A program made the position numbers and the translations under genes. Source: an uncultured virus (IMG/VR IMGVR_UViG_3300021256_000096) (lineage: Duplodnaviria; Heunggongvirae; Uroviricota; Caudoviricetes). From it: DNA of 64,000 nt. Every line of letters begins with the position of its first letter. Position 1 is the stretch's first letter. The stretch lies in IMG/VR virus record IMGVR_UViG_3300021256_000096; one strand, given 5' to 3'. Below the pieces are notes generated by a model. The model searched no databases, was not told the DNA's origin, and was given only the letters and a program-made list of their open reading frames with translations. Shown here one piece after another: positions 43,612-53,883 of the stretch.

Positions 43612-43911
43612 TCATTGAATTGTGCTAAATAAGTTTCTTGCTTGTTGAATATCTTCTGCAAAGTTCGGATGCCTCTTCTCGAAGTTGTCGATGTGTTCTG
43701 TCTTACCGAACTCATTTACTAAGAGATATGGGAAAGTAACCCAATCCATTTCGTAGCCTTGTGCTAAGTCCATGCACATACGCTTGTAAGGGTCTTTCTC
43801 CTTCGGCTCAACCATAACATTCTTTGAATGCTTGTCTAATTCGAGGAAATACGCCATGAACATTTGGTACTTCCGTACTTTCTCTGCATCTACTGCTATG
43901 ATGTCATTCAT
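43612..43911 (-). CDS. hypothetical protein
   Basis: 99-aa ORF. Confidence 0.7.
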   Translation of the reverse strand: MNDIIAVDAEKVRKYQMFMAYFLELDKHSKNVMVEPKEKDPYKRMCMDLAQGYEMDWVTFPYLLVNEFGKTEHIDNFEKRHPNFAEDIQQARNLFSTIQ

Positions 43912-44480
43912 ACTTCTCTATTGGTTTGATTACGAATTTTCTTTTTGTGTTTGACTATATCATCGCATATCTGGTCGATTAACACATCAACATCAGTGTT
44001 GTGGTCGATGACCGTGTGTGGAATCGTCTTCAGAAGATTCTCAATTTTGCGATCCACTTCGAGCGCTTGCTCTTCGTTTTCGTTACGTCCGTTCTGAACA
44101 TATTTCAATCCTCTGCGGACGTAGAAATTCAAGTTGTTGAACTTCGAGAACTCCTTATCAATGACTGCTTTAAGCTCAGGATACTCTTCCTTGAGATAGA
44201 TGTAAGAGTTCTGAAGCGGAGAGTCGCTGATGCAGACATCTACCTTGCCGTTCACTCTATTGATTCGGTGGAGTTGCTTGGCGAAGATGTATATCTGCTC
44301 ATCGAAGTACTGAAAGCGTTCTTCCCATACCAAATCCTTTGCGAATTCAGGAGCCATCTCCACTTCAACGCCACGGCACTTGAGATGATAGAACAGATTC
44401 GCCATAAACGTAGACTTTCCCGAACCCGGACCTCCGAAGAGGTTCACTACAATTGTATTTTTCTAATTAGTATTCGTCAT
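43908..44480 (-). CDS. P-loop nucleoside/nucleotide kinase (NadR/AAA_28-like)
   Basis: VNLFGGPGSGKST, EFAKDLVW, SDSP; ATG 44480 in frame through TAG 44463. Confidence 0.8.
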
Positions 44481-45183
44481 AAAACTTATTGTATCTGATT
44501 TTCTCTGGTATAAATATCTCTCCCAATTTATATGGACGTATGATGGCACACATATTTGCAGCTTGCGCACCGTAATCTATAGTGCCGGTTATTTCTTCTC
44601 TATCGTGCTTTATCAATTCATTGTTTTCAACAAAATCGATTAACGAATCAATTGACTTAGTGAAAACATTCATCCAGCGTTCTGTGATATTGTACATATA
44701 GCAATCTTCGATTGTTCTTGTGATATGTAATACAATAGCCACATCATCATAAATGTGATAAGGCAATTCATCAGACAGATATTGTAAATCCGGCTTATAT
44801 GCATTAGCGATATTCTCTATGTAATCGTCTATATAACTATTTTCTTTTTTGATGCAATCGTCCAGAATATCTGGATTAGAGAACCCGAATATGCTTTTGC
44901 AATCTTTGTATGGTTCTCCATCTCCACCATCAAGCGGTCGAGAATAATGCGGCTTATCATTTGAATAATTGACAGTGCCTATAGTTTTTGAATCCAAGAA
45001 GTACGGCAAGTAAGAATTCGGAATTATGACCCAACCATCTTTATAATGATGCTTTAAATATACGTCGAGAAGACCTGGGCATTCACACCACACGAACTGG
45101 TTCACAAGAGACTCTGTCTTCTCAAGTTCACAGTCTCTGAACAATTCATCGATGTTTATGTTATTCTTCTTCAGTTCGGTCAT
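44467..45183 (-). CDS. hypothetical protein
   Basis: 238-aa ORF. Confidence 0.75.
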   Translation of the reverse strand: MTELKKNNINIDELFRDCELEKTESLVNQFVWCECPGLLDVYLKHHYKDGWVIIPNSYLPYFLDSKTIGTVNYSNDKPHYSRPLDGGDGEPYKDCKSIFGFSNPDILDDCIKKENSYIDDYIENIANAYKPDLQYLSDELPYHIYDDVAIVLHITRTIEDCYMYNITERWMNVFTKSIDSLIDFVENNELIKHDREEITGTIDYGAQAANMCAIIRPYKLGEIFIPEKIRYNKFYDEY

Positions 45184-45186
45184 ATC

Positions 45187-45723
45187 TTATTTCTCTGTTT
45201 CGTTATCAATTCTGATATTCAGTTCATTAAGTTCATCCGGTGTAAATGAATCGTAGATGTACTGCATCATCTTCGACTCGTAGTCGAGCGCTGCCTGAAT
45301 CTTCTTCAGACGGCCGGCGTTCCTCTTCATCCTATTCTTCAGATGACGTTGACAAGAATGGAATGCGACTTTCTTGTCCGAGAAAACTTTATATCCGCAC
45401 CACTCTTCCATCCAGGAACCGGCATCGTATCCGTATATTTCCAGGCCGATAGTGCTCGGACGTCCATCAAACGTCACGACTCTGAACATCCACGGGTACG
45501 TAGCGTACACAGACTCAACTTCTCTGATGGAGAACTTCTTCCAGTGTCTGTCGGGATACTTCAGGTCGATGTCCTTCTCAGACACAATCTCATAAGCTCG
45601 CAATGTGGGGAAGTCACGACCGGTGTCGACGAAGTAAATTACATCTCCGACGGCACAGTCCTTGAACTTCTTCGGACTATACTTCCAGTTATTGCTTTTA
45701 TTGTATCCCATAGTTATATACAC
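45187..45723 (-). CDS. hypothetical protein
   Basis: 178-aa ORF; start may be ATG 45711. Confidence 0.75.
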   Translation of the reverse strand: MYITMGYNKSNNWKYSPKKFKDCAVGDVIYFVDTGRDFPTLRAYEIVSEKDIDLKYPDRHWKKFSIREVESVYATYPWMFRVVTFDGRPSTIGLEIYGYDAGSWMEEWCGYKVFSDKKVAFHSCQRHLKNRMKRNAGRLKKIQAALDYESKMMQYIYDSFTPDELNELNIRIDNETEK

Positions 45724-46016
45724 ATCCTGACCTCTCTGTCTGCTTTCGAATTCTTGAGCATATAAAGTTCCTCAGCGATATGCTTGATTACCTCTGCCAA
45801 CTCACGTGGATTATCTGGATCAATAAAGGACTTGATGTAATCCTGCTTCGCTTTCTCTTCTGCTTCGAACTCCTGCTGTCGCTTCGCTTTCATCCAATCA
45901 TCAATCTCTTTACCGGACGGCAGATGAGCAATGCTTACTGCGCCACCTTCTTCTTTCGCCAGATCCTCGAAACTCTTAGTCTCGTCAATTACAGTTATAT
46001 CTTCCATAATTTGCAT
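45714..46016 (-). CDS. hypothetical protein
   Basis: 100-aa ORF heading the long minus-strand block. Confidence 0.7.
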   Translation of the reverse strand: MQIMEDITVIDETKSFEDLAKEEGGAVSIAHLPSGKEIDDWMKAKRQQEFEAEEKAKQDYIKSFIDPDNPRELAEVIKHIAEELYMLKNSKADREVRMCI

Positions 46017-46288
46017 TAAAGCAAAAATTTTTATGTATGTACACTACTCTATATTTTCACCGTGTACTATTTTCAGATTATACTGCACGAGCAAGAAATT
46101 AGTTCTTACGCGGACGTCAGAACCCACGAAACAAAAAATTTCTCCGAAAATCAAAAATTTTTGCCAATTTTGCAAACTTCCCAAAATTTTCGCGATATAT
46201 ATTAATAGAGGGGGTAGGGGGAGAGGTTGTCTTTAAAAGGAAAAATTGGATCATCTTTATTTTAATCTCTAATTTCATTTAAGTTCTT

Positions 46289-46359
46289 CACGTACGTGTA
46301 CATATGTGTATGCGTGTATATGTGCATGTATGCGTATGTGTGTGTACGTATACGCATAT
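46289..46359. repeat. 71-nt perfectly alternating pyrimidine/purine tract
   Basis: cacgtacgtgtacatatgtgtatgcgtg...gtacgtatacgcatat. Confidence 0.85.
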
Positions 46360-46633
46360 TGGGATTCATAATGAAACTGAAATATCTTTTTCAAAAAGAG
46401 AATAAACGTCCACAGAGACGTTTGTATCCGTCCGGCACCCACTTTATCACCCAGACAGCAGAAATACTCACCAGGGGCTTTATTTGAAGTCAAGTGACGT
46501 TTTCCCGTGCGTTCTGCGTGCAGCGCCTGCGCTCGATATTTAAATATTGACCGGACATTTGAATATTCTCTATCTTCAAATATCATCAAGATTAGTATAC
46601 GTCCGGACGTCAAGATACAAATCTGAGATTCAG

Positions 46634-47485
46634 ATGTACAATATAAAGAAATATATTAAAGCTTGCAAATATATGGGCAGAGTTATTCCACCGGACATTA
46701 AACGTCCCAAGAAGTACGGAGAGATAATCAATGACTTGGTCGAGCAGTACTATAACACTGCTCCGCAGGCAAATGCTGTACAGACACTTCAAGCTCCGGT
46801 CATTCTCAATCCTCTGGATCCTCGACCGGCAATCGATACAATCCAGCCTATCCCCATATTTCAGTCAGACGGAACAGTCAAGTACGTTCTCCCTACACAA
46901 CAGCCCACACCTATTGCTGAAGCCGACGGTACGTCGAGATTTGTTCTTGGATGGGGAACTGATATATACGGACGACAGCAGTCAAATCTTAAGACGATCA
47001 TCGAGATGTTCCCGTCTGGATCCATATGCAAGATTCATCTGGATGACACAGATGCGTTCCAGGCAGTTATTCATGAAATAAAGTTCAGCACTGCTAATAT
47101 CGACCCTGCCCTCCACATAGAGTTCTTCAAGCTTGAAGACGTTCTTGCGATGCCGGCCGAGACATCACCGGATACATTATCCCAATATCCGGCCATACAG
47201 AGTTGCATCATTTATAATCCAGGACAAATAGAAAGCATCGATTCATCAGACGCTGCTGAGATGTCCAGGGAACTCATCAAGAACGAGATGCTCGCCATCA
47301 AGAAACAGATAGCAGCACTGAAAGACAACTTACGCCAGCTCAGCAGACTCAAGAATTCTGAGGGTTCGACGTCTAGACTTGTTAATGAAATTAACCGGAA
47401 GTATCACGCATTTGCCCGGAGTTTAGAACGAGAGAGATTTATGAAGCGACCCCAACTGGGAAGTATGTTGGGAACTATATTTTAA
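46634..47485 (+). CDS. hypothetical protein with C-terminal coiled coil
   Basis: ATG 46634 (MYNIKKY); hairpin at 47514-47539. Confidence 0.75.
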   Translation: MYNIKKYIKACKYMGRVIPPDIKRPKKYGEIINDLVEQYYNTAPQANAVQTLQAPVILNPLDPRPAIDTIQPIPIFQSDGTVKYVLPTQQPTPIAEADGTSRFVLGWGTDIYGRQQSNLKTIIEMFPSGSICKIHLDDTDAFQAVIHEIKFSTANIDPALHIEFFKLEDVLAMPAETSPDTLSQYPAIQSCIIYNPGQIESIDSSDAAEMSRELIKNEMLAIKKQIAALKDNLRQLSRLKNSEGSTSRLVNEINRKYHAFARSLERERFMKRPQLGSMLGTIF

Positions 47486-48176
47486 TCCGAACCATTACAT
47501 ATGGACAATGAGAAAGCCCTCGTCAATTGACGGGGGCTTGATTCTATTGACAATTTAAATGATGAGTGAACCAAAACTTAAAATTTCTCTGTGAATGATA
47601 GATTTGTGTATAAATGTTAAATGGTTGAAAAACTTGGAATAGAAAAACTTTAACTCTTAATGTCAATGAATCGTAATCCGTATACCTAAACTCTATGAAA
47701 TCACTTAAACTCTAACTTACCCTAATACTAAAATAAACCCAAAATCTAACTTGTACTCTATTTATCTTGAGTCGTCTATAGAATAACTCTAAACGCTCAA
47801 AATATTTTAAATTCATAATGAAACCAATTTATTTTTTCGAGATCTTCTCTTCAGAGTCACATCCGGATCCGCAATTGTCCGGACGTCCGTCAATCCTCTC
47901 TAAATTTCCGCATAACAACGTTCGCAGACATCTCAGCTCCTGGATGTTTTGAAGCTTTTGCAGCATGTTTTGACCGGTCGTAACTTTCACTTCCGCAAGA
48001 CCTCCGCGAATATTCGGTCATTTCCTGGAGCATTTTAACCGGACGTCAGTTCCAGACCACTCATCCTGGCACAAAAATAACCGTTTCGAACATCGCTGAA
48101 GATACGAAACGGCTGTTTCTGAACTGACGGTTTCGATACTTTTTATAGCAGATTCATTATGAAACCCGAATATTGT

Positions 48177-48569
48177 TTAGAATGCTGGAATCTCACATTG
48201 GTCGTACGACGGCAGTGAAATCTCAGCTGCCAAGAATCCTGATGGCAACATCTCGACGCTCACCTGCAACTTGCTTCCGAACCGGTCTGACGCCGGACGT
48301 AGAGCCGATGTCAATATTGAACGGATTTTCTTTTCCTCAGAGTAGTCGTCCACACTGACTCTGAAGAAAATGTCATTGTCCGAATATCTGTCCCAAGGTT
48401 TGTATCCGTGCTTCTTGAGGACTTCGACTGCATATGCCTTCACCTTGGCCTACTTCCGTCTGTCTTCCATCATCTCTTCTTGGGAGTACTCATTGATGTG
48501 ACGTTTCACAATCCTGGAGACGTCCATCATTATGCTCTCGTATAGAGCACGCTTCTGTTCTTTATTCAT
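48177..48569 (-). CDS. late protein with ALYESIM leader (130 aa)
   Basis: MNKEQKRALYESIMMDVSRIVKRHINE, in frame with ORF 48177..48443 through TAG 48450; GATAAATA at 48599-48606 (-). Confidence 0.8.
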
Positions 48570-48805
48570 TTGTCTTGTATATTTTAAATCGATTTTTATA
48601 TTTATCCTGTCGAGATTCATAACGAACTTAGAATAGGACGGCTCAATTCATCAATTGTTAAATATTAATAATTTTAGAAAGTTTTTGCAAAAATGCTTGT
48701 ATGGTTTAAAAGAAATGTCTACCTTTGCACTGTCATCTCCTTTAAAGGTGACACGAGATTATTATATATTTTTAATTATTAATTTAAAAAAAAAAGAAAT
48801 GCATT

Positions 48806-49504
48806 ATGAGTACTAACAGCACTAGCATCAACATCAAGTCTACTGCCGCAGAAAAAGTAGCAACATCCGAGAAGATTATGATGGTCATCGCTGACCGTGT
48901 CAAGGAACTGATTCGTCAGAAGAATCTGACGAACAAACGCACGGACGGACGTCCATACTACTTCACTACTAACATCGACACTGTCGTCTACGGCAGATGG
49001 ATTACCATCATCGCCATTTACAATGATGAAGAGAATCCTGAGATTCGCCGGTTCCACGTCGACGCATTCCAGTCATTCACATCTGAAGATGATCGCTCTC
49101 AGCGAGGGATGTTCCAGATTAGCTCGAACAATCCAGGCGATGTTTCAATCTCTGAATTCTCCCCGTACTTTATCCAGAAAGTTTCAGAACGTTTGCCATC
49201 TGAAGACAACCTGGAACAGATGACTGACGAGGAACTCGCAAGATTCCTCTCGAAGTTCACTGCCAGCGGAGTGATCAATGTCGGAGAGACAATACGGAAA
49301 TACGGAGCATCTGTTACTCAGTGTGCAACCTTTATCCCAGAGGGTGAGTTGCTCGGACATATCGCCATCGACCAGAGGTACATTTCACAGAGAACGTTCG
49401 TGTCCCGTGAGATGATGCGTACTTCAGATAAGAAGTTGGCGTACGAGTTAGTAGGAAAGAAACTAGAGAATAAAGAAGATAAACCACACAGGTATCGCAT
49501 TTAA
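48806..49504 (+). CDS. hypothetical early protein, paralog of 50237..51103
   Basis: YGRW..FQSF..GMFQI..EFSPYFIQKVSER..TFVS vs YGKW..YQSY..GLFHV..EYPPHLIHRIAER..TFIS. Confidence 0.8.
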   Translation: MSTNSTSINIKSTAAEKVATSEKIMMVIADRVKELIRQKNLTNKRTDGRPYYFTTNIDTVVYGRWITIIAIYNDEENPEIRRFHVDAFQSFTSEDDRSQRGMFQISSNNPGDVSISEFSPYFIQKVSERLPSEDNLEQMTDEELARFLSKFTASGVINVGETIRKYGASVTQCATFIPEGELLGHIAIDQRYISQRTFVSREMMRTSDKKLAYELVGKKLENKEDKPHRYRI

Positions 49505-49578
49505 GAAAAGTTACCGCATTTTTGCAAAATCCTTTATTTTGCGGACGTCGGGCTCGTGAGAGTCTGGCGTCTTTGTTT

Positions 49579-49950
49579 TTAGCAGCGCTGAGTAAAAATA
49601 CGGAAAAGTCTTCTGAAGAAATTGATGAAGGGGGAAGAAGTTTCACCGGTGATTGCGCTGACTGCTGATGCGTCGATGCCCGTTATCTCAGTGCGCATTC
49701 CATCAGGATTGAATATCAATTCAACTTTATCGTCACTGTTCAACATCCAGAGCTTTGCAATAACGACGCTACGATGATAGTCGTAGCGTGCGTATCCCTT
49801 ATCGTACTCAAGACGTCCGAGGAATTCATAGACCAGACGTCTGAACTCATGACGACAGACTTCACTGACATCTCCGTCAGTGAGACTCTCCTCAAAAGAG
49901 ATGAATAAATTCGCAGACCTGGCAAAGTCCGGTGACTTCAAGATATTCAT
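49579..49950 (-). CDS. hypothetical protein
   Basis: 123-aa ORF. Confidence 0.6.
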   Translation of the reverse strand: MNILKSPDFARSANLFISFEESLTDGDVSEVCRHEFRRLVYEFLGRLEYDKGYARYDYHRSVVIAKLWMLNSDDKVELIFNPDGMRTEITGIDASAVSAITGETSSPFINFFRRLFRIFTQRC

Positions 49951-50113
49951 TTTACGCCTGGATACAAATTCTTTCTTTTCTGCAATATTTATATAGACGT
50001 CTGAAGTTTGTATCTGGGAGATGATGAGAATCTTTAGCGATGACTCAATTTCTTAAACTAAATCAATATTGAGATTGATAACGAACTCAGATAGGATGGT
50101 TCTGACGTCCGAC

Positions 50114-50188
50114 TGTTAAACAATGCAAAATTCTGAAAAGTTTTTGCTCAAATGCTTGCAAGATTCAAAAAGATTTCGTACCTTCGCA
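50114..50188 (+). promoter_or_regulatory. conserved ~75-bp early promoter module
   Basis: tgttaaacaatgcaaaattctgaaaagtttttgctcaaatgcttgcaagattcaaaaagatttcgtaccttcgca; near-identical copies at 27176, 51230 and 61537, related copies at 48656 and elsewhere. Confidence 0.8.
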
Positions 50189-50236
50189 GCAGATAAAGAT
50201 AAAACTCGAATTCAAATCTTTTAATTAAAAAGTAAT

Positions 50237-51103
50237 ATGATACAGAATATGAATACTGTCAGCAATCAGACAACTCAACTGGACTATAGAATGCGTCCTG
50301 CTGAGAAACTCGAAATCGCAGAGAACTTAGTCAAGCACATTCTTGCGAAGGTAGAGTATTTCGTGGACGAATGTGAGCACACAGCAAAGCGTGCTAAAAG
50401 ATTTCCGTTCTTTATGAAGAGAGAATACAGCACTCCTTACGGCAAGTGGCTCTGCGTTCTGACATTCTTCGAGAAGTGGACGAATAAGAACGGATGTCCG
50501 ATAGGTCTCGACCTGTACCAGTCTTATGAGATTACGACTGCTCGTAACCAATTTAATAACGGAATCGGATTGTTCCACGTGACATCATATAAAGAGCATA
50601 CGGGAATTCGTGTGGACGAATATCCTCCCCATCTTATTCACCGCATTGCTGAGCGATATGACGAGTCTGTCGACGAGATGTCCCCGTACGAACTGGCGAT
50701 GTTCTTCAAGAAAAAGACAATGCGTTCCGTTGCATGTCCGAAGAACGTAACTGTTGAGAAATTCGAAGAAGAGTACGAGGAAATCGTATTGAACCTCGAC
50801 TGTGGTCAGATTCTCGGATTAATGTCTGTGACAGAACCAAGATACTTGATGCATAATACGTTCATCTCCAAAAACGAGATGAAAGATTCGCAAGTCGCTC
50901 AGAACATCATTCATAAGGATTTGTACGAAATGTTCGGAGGGTTCCGTGAAGACAGAATACCTGGATGGGTAAGTTTGTCGGGCATCATCGAGAAATACGG
51001 ACAAGAAACTGCGAACGATGTTGCGAAACTGCTCGACGGCCGTGACAAAAGCGTCCGCAACTCAAATAACTTGAAACGAATATCCACTACCTCTATACTG
51101 TAA
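50237..51103 (+). CDS. hypothetical early protein, paralog of 48806..49504
   Basis: 288-aa ORF; similarity as above. Confidence 0.8.
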   Translation: MIQNMNTVSNQTTQLDYRMRPAEKLEIAENLVKHILAKVEYFVDECEHTAKRAKRFPFFMKREYSTPYGKWLCVLTFFEKWTNKNGCPIGLDLYQSYEITTARNQFNNGIGLFHVTSYKEHTGIRVDEYPPHLIHRIAERYDESVDEMSPYELAMFFKKKTMRSVACPKNVTVEKFEEEYEEIVLNLDCGQILGLMSVTEPRYLMHNTFISKNEMKDSQVAQNIIHKDLYEMFGGFREDRIPGWVSLSGIIEKYGQETANDVAKLLDGRDKSVRNSNNLKRISTTSIL

Positions 51104-51355
51104 TAGATTGTTTGTTTTTTCCATGCTATCCATGTAGACGTCTCACTCGTGATGAGTCAGACGTCTTTCTTTTGTAGAACGCAATATTGGATTCGTAACG
51201 AAACTGAATTATCGTTTCAATGTCTCAAATGTTAAAGAATGCAAAATTCTGAAAAGTTTTTGTTCAAATGCTTGTGCGGTTCAATCTTTTTTCGTACCTT
51301 TGTCACAGAAATCAGAAACAATAAGAATAATAATTATTTAACACATTTCAAAATT

Positions 51356-51616
51356 ATGAATAAGAATATCACAAAATCGTCAGAGAGTTACGAACTGAAC
51401 GAACTGTTCGAAGAGTACGAAACAAACACCATTCGAGTAAGTGATTTCGGTTTAACTCACAGAGGCGTCCTCATTGATTACATCCACCGAGATGACAATG
51501 GAAAAATCTCCATCTGGGCTGGAAATCCTGATACTGACAAGTACGCAGAAGAACTGCTGCCGGACAGGAACGAACGCAAAGAGATACTCGAAATGATTTG
51601 GGAGAACTTATGTTAA
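51356..51616 (+). CDS. hypothetical protein
   Basis: ATG 51356 after a promoter module. Confidence 0.7.
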   Translation: MNKNITKSSESYELNELFEEYETNTIRVSDFGLTHRGVLIDYIHRDDNGKISIWAGNPDTDKYAEELLPDRNERKEILEMIWENLC

Positions 51617-51662
51617 CTCCCATTATAAGAATCAAGTTTAATAATCAAATCAAATTACGTAT

Positions 51663-52238
51663 ATGAATATCAAGTTAAATCTCAAGGAAGGACAGAAAGG
51701 CAACTGGAAACTCAGCCAGTTCACAGTGACAGAAGACGAAGCAGCAATGCATCGTGTGCGCTGCATAGTCAACAACTATCCCGAAAGGGCAATCACTGCT
51801 GGAACGTACTGGAGGCTCACAGAATCCGGTTATCTCTATATGACAAATACACCGGCTGAGATACGTGACCACACTCAGTTCATCAATAAGGCTTGCGGAA
51901 ACGTCCTCATAGCAGGACTTGGACTTGGGATGGTCGTTCAGGCGTTGCTTGACAAGGGAACTTGCGAACACATCACTGTAGTTGAGTTGTCCCAGGACGT
52001 CATCGACTTAGTCGGTCCCTCTTACAACGACCCAAGAGTGGAGATCGTGTGCTGCGACATCTTCAAGTTCAAGCCGCAGATGCACTACGACTATGCCTGG
52101 TTCGACATCTGGCCTGATATATGCGGAGACAACTTCCCCCAGATGAAGAAACTTCACCGGAAGTTCGCAACCCACGTGAGCAATAGAGACTCATGGTGCT
52201 ACAAGGAGTGCCGTAAGAGACACAAAGAAGATATATAA
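51663..52238 (+). CDS. class I SAM-dependent methyltransferase-like (spermidine synthase-like) protein
   Basis: NVLIAGLGLG, ITVVE, CDIF, YDYAWFDIW. Confidence 0.8.
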   Translation: MNIKLNLKEGQKGNWKLSQFTVTEDEAAMHRVRCIVNNYPERAITAGTYWRLTESGYLYMTNTPAEIRDHTQFINKACGNVLIAGLGLGMVVQALLDKGTCEHITVVELSQDVIDLVGPSYNDPRVEIVCCDIFKFKPQMHYDYAWFDIWPDICGDNFPQMKKLHRKFATHVSNRDSWCYKECRKRHKEDI

Positions 52239-52281
52239 CGAAATCAAACAGCAGATATGTATAATTCAAAGAAATATAGTT

Positions 52282-52719
52282 ATGAGTAAACAAGATAGCA
52301 ATATTAATAAGTTCGAATTGAATTACGCTAATACGGAATTCTACGAACGCCATAAAGAAAATGACGAAGCGCTCACAAACAAACCAAGACAGGCGCCACT
52401 TGAATGGCATCACTGGAACGACTTGTATGAGTTCTTCCGTGGTTACTTCAACTATTTCGGAGATGATATTTCTGCTTTAGATAAAGATACATTCGAAAGA
52501 ATAGTAAAGACTATTTGGAGAATATCTCGCACCTGTGCTGTATTCGACACTAGAAAAGAGTGCAAGGAAAATCAACTCACGTTCTCTAAACAATTGGCTG
52601 AATGGGCAAATTCTATCAGAATGCATAATGAAGGAGTTGCAGACGAAACTGACAAAACAGATATGATTGGCCCGTTTGAACTATGGGAGATGGTAATGCA
52701 TCAATCAACATCAAAATAA
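52282..52719 (+). CDS. hypothetical protein
   Basis: 145-aa ORF. Confidence 0.7.
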   Translation: MSKQDSNINKFELNYANTEFYERHKENDEALTNKPRQAPLEWHHWNDLYEFFRGYFNYFGDDISALDKDTFERIVKTIWRISRTCAVFDTRKECKENQLTFSKQLAEWANSIRMHNEGVADETDKTDMIGPFELWEMVMHQSTSK

Positions 52720-52742
52720 ATTCATAATTAAACTCAAATAAT

Positions 52743-53174
52743 ATGCAAACGAATAACAGTTCAAAAGAAGACAGTTCATTCTGGGGGATGGGAGTTCTAG
52801 TCGGAGGAATATTAGTATTTCTTCTTGGATTGCTTGCTACGCCAAATAAGGACAATGCAGAAAACAAGGCCGACGAGAACAAGAAGTACATCTACTACGA
52901 CGTCCCTACATATACAACAGTATATGAGATCGTCTATCCGGACACTACATACCGCTACACGGCAGTTCACCACTCACCATCCCGACTGAGTTCTCACAGA
53001 GGAAGCAACTTCCTTTATTCAGAACAACATTACGGAACATTTGGAGACCACGATCGTCCAGACTATTGGATTGATGAATGGAACAGTTCAGAATTAAACG
53101 TCGAGACGACTGCTCCGATTCGCATCGTCAGCGAGACAGTGACTCATAAGAAAGTCAAATACGTGATAAAGTAA
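52743..53174 (+). CDS. membrane-anchored hypothetical protein
   Basis: N-terminal TM helix. Confidence 0.7.
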   Translation: MQTNNSSKEDSSFWGMGVLVGGILVFLLGLLATPNKDNAENKADENKKYIYYDVPTYTTVYEIVYPDTTYRYTAVHHSPSRLSSHRGSNFLYSEQHYGTFGDHDRPDYWIDEWNSSELNVETTAPIRIVSETVTHKKVKYVIK

Positions 53175-53205
53175 ATTCATAACAGAACTAAAGCAGTATA
53201 CGAAT

Positions 53206-53502
53206 ATGAAGAATTATACATCAACAGTTTCTGCTGTAATCGCAGCCGCACTGAAAGAACGAGGCATAAAAATCAGTTCAAAGACTCCGACTTATGCGGA
53301 CGTATTCGACTGGTTTATGAAGAATGGTCTCTATGTTCATATCGAAGTTTTGCATGAGAATTATTTGGGAGAAATACATCGCTTAGATAAAATGGGAACA
53401 TATGTCGATGGTTATTTCGGTGCAAATGTCATTAAGACTTGGAAGCAAGTTGCTGACGAGACAATCATCAAGGCTCTGAAGCACATCAAAGTAAATTCAT
53501 AA
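53206..53502 (+). CDS. hypothetical protein
   Basis: 98-aa ORF (PTYADVFDWF motif). Confidence 0.7.
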   Translation: MKNYTSTVSAVIAAALKERGIKISSKTPTYADVFDWFMKNGLYVHIEVLHENYLGEIHRLDKMGTYVDGYFGANVIKTWKQVADETIIKALKHIKVNS

Positions 53503-53519
53503 CAGAATCAAACAAATTT

Positions 53520-53846
53520 ATGATATTCAAGAAAGGAACATATATAATCACGGAAAGACAGTACGACAGTGCGAAGTGTGTCTGGCTCAGTGAGGACTTC
53601 GACCCACACAAGGACAAGTGGATTCCTTACAAGAACTGGTACGACGTGTACTACAAACCGCGCACAAAGAATGTCGTGACGGACGTCTATCCTGTATACG
53701 ATGATGAAAATGGAGGAACTCTCTCATTCGACCTCTCAGACAACTGGCATTACGCCGGCAAGAATGTCATCGGACATATCACGGGCGAATATCCGGAAAA
53801 TAAGAAGACGAGACGTCATACGACTCTCATCAGAATCGATTTATAA
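53520..53846 (+). CDS. hypothetical protein
   Basis: 108-aa ORF. Confidence 0.7.
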   Translation: MIFKKGTYIITERQYDSAKCVWLSEDFDPHKDKWIPYKNWYDVYYKPRTKNVVTDVYPVYDDENGGTLSFDLSDNWHYAGKNVIGHITGEYPENKKTRRHTTLIRIDL

Positions 53847-53883
53847 GTAGAACAAAATTTATAACAGAAGCAAACATACGAAT

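Noticed and set aside
46275..46613. ORFs 46275..46613(-) and 46296..46487(+)
   Set aside because: Stop-free artefacts of the alternating purine/pyrimidine tract (YAYTYTHIRIHAH / CVCVYMCMY).
48786..48795. Poly-A run before 48806 as a phase-variable switch
   Set aside because: It lies in an AT-rich 5' UTR typical of Bacteroidota translation initiation regions, not in a coding frame or promoter spacer.
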